A DNA stretch of 59,862 nt, filler included, from Catajapyx aquilonaris (lineage: Eukaryota), in the NCBI GenBank assembly GCA_000934665.2. It is 2 parts of 2 records of this genome, joined end to end, with 100 filler letters (N's around TTAATTAATTAA, not from the genome) between each part and the next. Parts side by side here need not be neighbours in the genome. Positions count along the whole stretch, not along the records: positions 29,983 to 59,862 come from JYFJ02004728.1; 1 more part is not named here. One strand, given 5' to 3'. Shown in pieces: positions 50,401 through 59,862 of this stretch (position 1 is the stretch's first letter; the number at the start of each line of letters is the position of its first letter). The notes beneath the pieces are model-generated. The model was not told where the DNA came from. It searched no databases and saw nothing but the letters and a program-made list of their open reading frames with translations. A program made the position numbers and the translations under genes.

Positions 50401-53400
50401 GATACAAATTTTTCAGGATTATCACAAGAGTAGTTTCCCTCTGCTAAGTCAAATGTCTTCTTCATATGTCAATCTTAGTCAATTTCAACAAAGGAGATGA
50501 TGAAGTGTGCGGGATAGGTCACCATGCAGATATTTTTTTAAAAAAAAACGTAAGATAATTTTTTTGCCTGCACACATAATAAGTTAATATTAGTAAAAAT
50601 GTAATTAGAATTTTTGGGATTTAGGCCAATCACATCTCCTTTACACCCTTCACAAACCTGTACATTTATGCTCAGGGCAAAGGTATATTGTCTTTAGAGA
50701 GACATACAGAGAGACAGATATGAAATTACACTGTCAAGATGAACATCTCGGTTTCATGTCGTCGATGTCGAGAACGAGAAAAATGTGGCATTCAGCTGAG
50801 ATACCCTCCAAATACGCATGCAGGTACAGCAGAATACGGGCGCCGTGCTTTGCGGAAACAATTTATAGATGATGATGATGATGATTATTATTAGTTGCTT
50901 TTCATCAGCATAAAATTGAAATCTTTATCTCCCTCACTCCATATACACATGTATACCCTGTAGTTACTCTGGAAGTCGGGAATGTTACGTAAAAGAGAGT
51001 TTCAGGTTTTCTGAACCGGTTTGTGAAATATCAAGTATTATTTTCTCTATAAATGAAATACACATTGTAACAGGGGCCCTGTAAATCTAATCGTCCCTTC
51101 TTCGCTGTCTGCGCGATAATGGTGGAAAAAATCCTGGATTATTTTAACTATAGTAAGAAAAGTGTCCTTGGGAATTTAAGGAGTATTTAGCATTCTGTGC
51201 TGTCTGCCGTTATGAATCATGTTGGACACTAATCGTTTCGTTTCAGAAGTAACTATACCATTAATTGCCTGGACATTTAGACTACGTCACCAGCACCCTT
51301 ATTATACAAGTACCGGTACATAGGTCTACGGTATATTTAATGCACGTCTTATTACCTAGCTATGCCCACGGAGAGATTTCTGTTTTGCGAAATGTAACTA
51401 AATTCTGATCGACGATACAAAATTGGGCATCGTATTATCCTCCGTCATTTTTCACAGGCACTCTTTCCGCCAACACTCTCCATCAAAAACCTCTTCAAAT
51501 TCTTGTTCTTTAATAACGGGTTTCTTTAATGTTTAATCACAGAAGAGTTTTATTATAATCAAGCTCTTCTGTGATTAAACATTAAAGCAACCAGCAACCC
51601 GTGACAGCATGCAGATATAACAGTATAATGAGTAACCATCAGAGAAAATAATGATTTATTACAAATCGCAATATTTGGATATACTGTAGTTTCGGCGGAA
51701 ACTGATAACCAATATCTGAAAAAGTCTGTATTGTGGGGGTCCACTTTCATTTTGCTCGGAGGTCGTAATACGAGTAGTATTCATTCAGAAACTTTGTTGC
51801 TAGTTCCTACAATGTATATAGTTAAACAATAGAAGGCGTGGAGTAGCCCGAGTCCACACACCAAGAGTCTGAGGGAAGACGGAGAAGCAGCCCATTTTTT
51901 ACCCCAGAAACTGTGTTTTTTTTTTCAACATTCCGGACCTTCCTAACGTGTCTGGATTCTTCCTTGTGTTATGCACTCCATAAAATCATCACCTAAACGA
52001 CATTGGACTGTGTGCAGTACTTGGGCTGACTTGGGGAGTGCATGTACACCCCCTGTAATGTAGGCCATTGCCTGCTTCTTATCTTACAAAAATGAGGTCT
52101 ATAGATATTATGTTGTGACGAAATCTGGTCATGAACCAGGTTGGAATACCGCTTTTTTCGGGTATACATGATAGATCACTGCCATGAATTAGGTAGTGCA
52201 CGGGAAAATGAAATAGCAGATTGTTTACCGCAGCACGCAGCTAAACTGGTTGCTTGAGACTAACAATTCGCAGCTTCTTCCCTTACATGCAAACCTGCGA
52301 TTGTATACAGTCAAACAGATGATTGCTAATTATTACAAAGAACTGGACTTCCTTCTGTGAATGAATGAATTTAATCAATGCAAACAGCTTACACGACCAC
52401 TCCTCGACGTATATGTTGCCTCATGTCATACCACATGACTCACTCTATTACCTATAAGCAAAGCATTCAACCTCCAGGAAGGCCGTTTTTAAAAGACGTC
52501 ACAATATTGACAGGGCTATTCTTGCGATTAATTATCAATCACATGGTCGGGTATTTTTAGGCGGATGGGCATTAGAGAAGAGAAGGGGAAAGAGTTTGAT
52601 GTTAAATTCCCCCGGTTCTTTACAAACGCAGCAAGTGCAAAAATTGAGCTAGTAATTTACATATTTTCCTGATACCACCCGGGTATATGACAGTAATTAT
52701 GCATGCCATCATTGTGTGTGCAAAGATGTGTTCGTTGTTGGGTAAAACTTCCTTGCTTATTAAATGTCACGAAGGTGCAATACTGACCACTACGATGCTC
52801 CTCAGCCATTTTTTAGATCGGTGCAAAATTATTTATTGAAAACAAAAGCTTTTTGAATAATTTCAAATGCACTAATAAAATATAGGTCACTTGACTTGTG
52901 TTAGTCTACTCGATGATTGATAAGTATTTCCTGATGCAATTTTATACCCACACCGAATTTTCAATTTGACATGCGTTCATATAATACATATCCGTATGTT
53001 TTTGACCTTCATTCAGCACTATAAACTGTGCATATTACAATGACCCATATGACCTACCTGTTCAGAAGCGAGTCTATTGTAACAATCTCCATTTCGACTT
53101 GGCGGTAAGGTACTGCTTTCAAAGACACTTCCTCAGCTCTGGGGAGTCCTAATGCTTCTGAACGTTTTCGGCTTAATCCGTTTACATTTTTATGTGGGCG
53201 GCCTTGTGTTCATTTTCGTATGTGCCACAAATCCCACTCGCTGTATTTTCGCATGTAAAAAAAAATAAGCAAGAAGTCTGACTTTTCTCAGCGATTGCAA
53301 CACTGGCAGTATACACGCTGGTTCACCTTGGAGATGAAGGGACTTCGAGTGCACTGACTTACCGGTATAATGAGTCTAAAAAAATAGGTTATGTCACACT

Positions 53401-56400
53401 ATTATGCTACTGACACCAAATTATGACGTCTAGCCGTCTGCAGTGGACCATACCTTTCGCACATGCCATGAGGACAATTATATTATACTGTAATTATTCT
53501 GTATCCATTAAATACCGGTAACTTTAGGTCATGCACGCTTCTAGCTTCCTCTTAATAAGGTATAACTTATTACACTTTTTCAATATTGGTATCGATCAGT
53601 TGAACCAATCAGATATTGTCGTGGATACTGTATACCTACAACCGACATATATGTTATGTCAAGTCTCACTTCTCGCCTCCTGCGCCCTAATACTGCTCCA
53701 TAGTAACTCACATTGGCAGAAAAAATATCGATATTTTCGCAATAGTACGGTACCTGCTAAACCCCATTAACCGACAAACTAGGTGTAGCTCTTTTCATAG
53801 AGAACCTGAACATCTACTTCTTAACCTCAAAAGCAAATTGGTAGCATGTATATTAGGCGAAAGTCTGACAATACAGTATATTGATCATGTAAGATATCAT
53901 ATAATGCAGGTCAATTCCATATTTCTCAACAGTTCTTTTTGCAGCATGTATGACAAGTGGATGTTAAACGGTAACGAAAAATTAAACATACTCCATAGAT
54001 TTCAGTGGATTATATTCAGCGTTGGAATTTTATATTTCTGATTGTAAAGCTCATCCTGCGGATTGATGTTTCGAATATTGTAAGTCAGAAGTTTTAAACG
54101 ACTATAAATTATTGTCACTGATGTGATCACATTTTAAGGTTGGAATGAACTACAGCTTGCAATAAAACATTCTACATATGTTTCAGCAGCTCACTTGAAT
54201 ACTTGATGCCACTTATATGCTAAATTATTTTGGACAGAAAGCATTGATAACTACTTTGACAGCCAGCGTCTTTAAAATGTGTGTTTTTTAAAATTTCAAT
54301 CAATCAATCAAATTTTTATTACTCCCCCAATGAGAACATGTGTTCTGTAAATGTTTTAAAATGTTAAAATTTTAATTTTTGAGATCATATTTTTTGCTTG
54401 TCTTTATCGCAAGTATTTTCTGCTAGAACCTCCGGCGAAAGAGTCGCGTTGGGATTCAAGCGAAAAAATATATTATATACACAAGGTCATTCATATTGTA
54501 CTAACTCTTTAGTCATCAAATGATGTTGCACATTCCAATGCATTGGTTAAGAGAACTAATAATGACAATATAGGCAAGTGAGACGTGTCACATTGTTTTC
54601 TTTGTTTACGTATTATTATTTGCACAGATGCAAAGGCTATTTGAAAACATAACGATGTGACCAATTGCGGGATAAAGGTAGCACATAAAAGAAGCATTAT
54701 TCAAACGGCAAATAAGACAGGCTATTCAATACAACAATGAACTTGTCACTCTATTCTCAGCTATCCAAAATGCGTTTCTTAATAATAAGACCATTGTTGA
54801 AGATATCTGCCCAATGATTGCCTTGATGATTCCACTCCCTTTCAGTTTGTACAGGGTAGGGTAGGGCCCAAGTTTATAGTGGATAGGCAATAAATATGTT
54901 ATTTACCCTATATAACAATCAGAAAGACGTTCACATCAAAATAATCTGGCCCACATTCACCTGTCGCTATTGTCTCTTCTTCTTAAACTGGCTGCTGGAG
55001 TGAACAATAAATATTATAACTGCAGTTTCCCATGCCTCCGTTGTTAGGCCGTGGAATTGGGGTCTTTATTCAGTTTATTCTCTTCTAAGGTGTTTCCTAT
55101 AGAAAAGCGCGTCAAAACCGCACTGGTGACCCAGTGCCACACTTTGAAGTGCTTATTCTTCCTGCGATCCTGGTACATGCCTGCCGAGTCAGTTGAATAC
55201 GATTGCACAATGGGCCTTGGCATAACAGTTACTTCCACATGAAAAGTGGGAATGTGACTCTCACTCTCTTTCCTGACCATCATCAACATTAGTGCCCAGA
55301 ATTTAAGAACCGGTCTGGGTTAAACCTGTTGGTCGAGTTCACCAATTCCTGGACCAGGTCACTGACTGCATGGTCCACATGTAAGGGTTGGAGTATATGG
55401 ATGTGTCCTTGAAGAAAATGGTTCGGGTACTATCAGTTTGGAATTTTCTCCGCTGCTTACTTTTGCGAACTAAACCAAGGCAGCGGCACACCGAGCACAG
55501 GTCATAGGTTAGCAAAGGTTGGCTGCACCACGTACAAGCGCATGCAAAAAGAAGAGAGTGAAATCACTGTTGATTGAGTGTAATCAACGTCATACGTCAT
55601 GGCACGTCCTAATTTTCTCAACAGTCGTACATAAATGACCATTTAAAGTATACAGAAGACACTTGGCAATATTTTACGAGGGAAGGAGTAAAGGATGGCT
55701 GCAAATTATAATTAGTTTAGAACCTCGTTATATATGACGAAAACTTGTTAAGTCTAATCAACGCCATATATAAGGTTAGTAAAAGGGCTTGCCACATTCT
55801 ATAATATTGCACAATTTTTAATATAGTGCTTGATCAATATTGATGGCAGTTTTTGTACGAAGAATGGAAGAAACAAAAAAATATTCTCCCATCCTCCGTA
55901 GAATATTTTTTTTACAGAAATTATTGGTCTACCAATGATAAGCAAAGTCCTTGAGATTATACCAACTTCCTGCAAGAATGATTTCGAGATCTGATATTAC
56001 ATGATGTGATTATAGCTTATTTCACAATATCTACTTTTGCATAACCAGGTGATATATTGCTGTAAACTATTGCTTGATAACCAGAAAAAATTCTAAAATA
56101 CAGAGAGACGCCTCATAAAAAGTTCAACAAAAAAATAAAAATAAATAAACAATGCATCGCTGTGTTCATCTTCATCAACATCCCTTATAGTTTTTGCCGT
56201 CTTTGTCACGGATGGGTAAGAAATATAATGCTCCATATACCACTGTCAGTGTCTGTCTGTCTGATATGCCGAAAACTTTACAAACCAAAGAAGCACCCAC
56301 AGGTGCAAGGGCATCGACTATGTTCCGACGTGACCAATTACAGTAGCAGAATAATGCGGAATGCGGATTACCATATTTTGGCATGCAAGACCCTGTCGTA

Positions 56401-59400
56401 AAAAGGGTATAATTCCAGTAATTTGTGCAATGTTCCCAAATCACGCACACACCGAGTGACGGAGGTAGTCCTTTTGATGCGAAAGGCATACGTGATATCC
56501 TTCAGAATACTGCGGTAGGCCTACAGCAACCCATGCCCATGTGCTGCGCACAATGCACGAAAAACGAAATGCACATCCAAACCTTGAAATGCGTCAAAAA
56601 CGCATTAAATGCAAATGATAGCACCAACGTTAAGCAAGATGAAATAACAATGATCACAAAGGTGATGCCATCTGGACCCCCAAAAAATCACAGTATGATC
56701 ACAACATGATCGTAGAACGAAAAATATAAACCTTCCCTTGATCTTCAGCCTTATCGCATTTACAAAGGCATACAACTTAATACTTCGATTGTTAAGTCAT
56801 ACTCATATACGTCATGTACAGTACATACCGATGTCCATAACACTACGCACAGTCACTTGAAGACCTTGCAGGAGAGCATGGTGAACAAAATCAATAGCAA
56901 GGCTTAGATCAATATACTCACTTTGCACATTTTATAGTCATGATGGAAACCTGGGAGTGCAGAAACGGCGCAGAAAACTGACTGGAACAGACGATGTGTG
57001 ACAATAATTAAAGCAGAAGCACCAAAAACATCCTAGACAAAGGTCTGAGTGTTGACCGTGAACTGTTTGGGCGTCTCTTGCACGTGGGTTTTCTCACCGG
57101 CTCTGCGCATGCTCTTTACAGGGAAATCTTTGTATATATAACTTCATCCTCATTATATCAGCATTCCGGACTTGACGAAATCAGCAGAAAAAAGAATGCA
57201 ATAATCCCAAGTTTTTTATTTGTAAGTCCAATTAGAATTTGGAATAGTTGCCTTTTCAAGGGCGCCTTGTAGGATTGCTCAGGGGTCTAATCTCACAGAT
57301 CCCCGCCTATAGGATGTACTGTCGCAGGATGTAACTTTTTTAGGGTCATAAAAGGTTTTACAAGTGAATACAGGGTTTATTTCCCATAAAACATTACGCA
57401 ACGTCGGAATAACGCAGCATTGACGTATTGTCTCCTACAGTCATGAAAAAAAATCATTACGCTCAAGTCATCCAGTCAGATTAGCAAAGAGAATTCAACG
57501 GAAATTCCGAAGTAGTGAGGCCCATCATCAGTATAGAAATTAATCCTTCCCTTGTAGGCCTACTTTCATCCTTTTCTAAGATAGTAGCCTATGTTATGGG
57601 AGTAATCTATCACCAGAAAGCTGTAGACGACGGTCATGTAGGGTACTTAACCAGCAGTGTTATAAAATTGTTTTGGTCGCCTGTAAGTTGAATCTGTGAG
57701 TTAATTTTTGCGTAACCTCATATGACTGTATAAGAATGCGAAGACCAGTGTACAGTACATGCTGTAATTTTGACGTGGGCAGGAATAACTAAAATGCGGA
57801 GCAGTGAATCGTAAATACAGAATTAGTCCCAGCGGAGGCTTTCAGCGACGTATTATTTTATTGCAAACATTTAAAAACCCGTTTTTTTTTGGAAGACGGA
57901 GAAACCCTGCTGCACTCTGATTTTACTGTAGGTCTCTAACTATTCTGTAAAATTGCAACTCGCATCACCATAATTTATCAGTGCTTTGAGCCAGGACCTG
58001 TGGCATGAGTTTATGATGAACCACATATTCAAGGGATTTACAACATTTTTGTGTTTAATTTGAAATACAGTGCCAAAAAGTAACGGCGGTTACCATCCTG
58101 GGTGCTAAGGTAAATCCGCCTCTCATCGGGATTTCATGAAATGCATTAAAAATTAAAACTTTATGGTTCAGCATACCACTCTTATTGACGTCATTTTTGC
58201 TGCCAGAAAGAAAATTAAAATTTCTCTGATAAAGATAGGGCGGTAAGTTTAAAACAGTCACTTGTCCCCAAATTTTTACTAAAATGTAGGCCAGTTCCAG
58301 AAATAGCATGTGCACTCTGTACTGAAAATGAATAAGCATGCTTTGGAAGTTGATTACTAGATACTGCACAGTACTTACTCGTATATTATTGTACTGCACT
58401 ATAGTGTATGAAACCCAAACTCGTGAGGTTGAAATCCTAATATGTAGGATACCTCCCTATGTTTGACATTTTCCTTGGAACCATCAGTGTCCAACACAGA
58501 CAGGTTTGTACTGTATATACCATTCTGATAAAGATACGCAGCTGCGTAGACCCACCAATTTCGGAATTTCCATGTAAAAAAAGGTAGGTGTCATGTTGGA
58601 ATGTCCTAGAATGACCAGTCTATGGTCAATGATTGCATGGTAACCTGGCAAGACCAAGATGAAGGTCAGGGAAAGAGATGTTTTCAAAGTCCATAATAAC
58701 CGTAAAATTTCTCATATTAAAACTGGAAGGCAATAAGACCTCTCTGGCTAATGCAATTCAGTCAGATCACATTGCGCACGTAGGACGTATACAAGTAATG
58801 CTCCATTACTACACATGAGAAGACAAACAATACATCAATCTATAATATTATTACATTTGAGCTGCAATTATAGTTTTGCACGTGTATTATTACAGCAGTT
58901 AAACACAGTTATTATTGTATATTCTTTTTAGATGTCATCCATATTGTGTATAATTATTTACTCATACATTTCGTGGTCGTCGTTGTATAAACCACATCGT
59001 ATTTATATTTTTCTTCTTTGGTGCACATGATGCATATTGGACTATATACACAGGTCGCTATGGTGTGGTAAGAGAAAGGGTTAAGTGTTAAAATATTAAA
59101 TCCTCGACGTACTATAATATCGGGTGTCGGGTGAGTGACGTGATTTTAGTTTCTGGGAAACTGCACAATCTGGCGGCGCGGCGGGAAGACATGTTTCGTA
59201 ACGCCGCAATTATAAATTGTCGTTAAAGAGCGTGAAGGGCATCTGCTTGTTAACTGAAGCGAATTATTATTATTCTGATGTCATTGTCAGTAAGAACTAA
59301 AACATTACACCAACTGGAAGCGCATCAGGGAAGTAATGAAATTGGCATAATTTATTACATGGCCCTCACTTCTAGTCACCCAGTCGCAGGAAAATTAATA

Positions 59401-59862
59401 TGAAAGCACCTTGTTCATTATGTCACTTTAATATCAAAATATATGGATTCTGGTCAGGTGTTTTTTTCGTTCATGTTCAACTTGAATAACATTTGCATCA
59501 GAGCAGATGGGTTATGAAACTTCTTTAATGTGAAATAATCCGGTGTTTTGGGAAGCAGATGTTATGGTTGGTCTCATCAAATGAAGAAGAAAAAATACAT
59601 GGCGTAAACTAAAACTTATACCTGGCTTCTCCAAATAGTCCAGGTGCTAAGGGACAAATTTGACCCAAACTTTGCATTTTGTGACAAAAGTATGAAACTC
59701 GGTACACTTGTTCTTTGGACACTTCTGATCATATCTGGACATGGGGCCACGATGACCCACCCCGATGGTGGTCCATTTCGCAGGGTTTCCATAACTACCA
59801 GATGCAGCATCCTTTTAGGACCTTGTATTGGGTGACAAAAACATGAAACTCGCCACAATTGG

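Noticed and set aside
55290..55400. FNPDRFL resembling the cytochrome P450 PERF motif, plus neighbouring ORF 55044-55289
   Set aside because: No ExxR or haem-binding motif or matching exons nearby; a stop follows immediately.
47500..59862. Many 60-115 aa ORFs upstream of ALDH3-A
   Set aside because: No recognisable domains or consistent exon chain; treated as intergenic or intronic DNA with unresolved repeat remnants (e.g. ~59645-59862).

Overview
Animal genomic DNA, probably from an arthropod (spliceosomal introns, tRNA-derived SINEs of a type seen in insects, MITEs, Helitron ends). It falls into two halves joined by an artificial N-TTAATTAATTAA-N linker at 29883-29982, so the halves need not be neighbours in the genome. 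The right half holds a complete minus-strand class-3 (fatty) aldehyde dehydrogenase gene with 8 coding exons (42771-46584, about 514 aa, C-terminal membrane anchor). Downstream lies a tandem paralogue whose three recognisable exons (31406-35183) run into the contig end. Several SINEs, MITEs and microsatellites are also present. The left half starts with an acidic orphan ORF/exon, a Helitron with two nested MITEs and a CpG-rich promoter-like segment. It then carries a ~26 kb block (about 3050-29450) of intron-less, decayed coding fragments that all read on the minus strand and recur as diverged paralogous pieces. I cannot identify the protein. The architecture resembles a uni-strand piRNA cluster archiving endogenous viral or foreign fragments (inference). 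Diverged copies with synonymous-type differences share in-frame TAA codons, one aligned to CAA in a third copy. This hints that the donor read TAA as Gln. All translations and alignments were done by eye.
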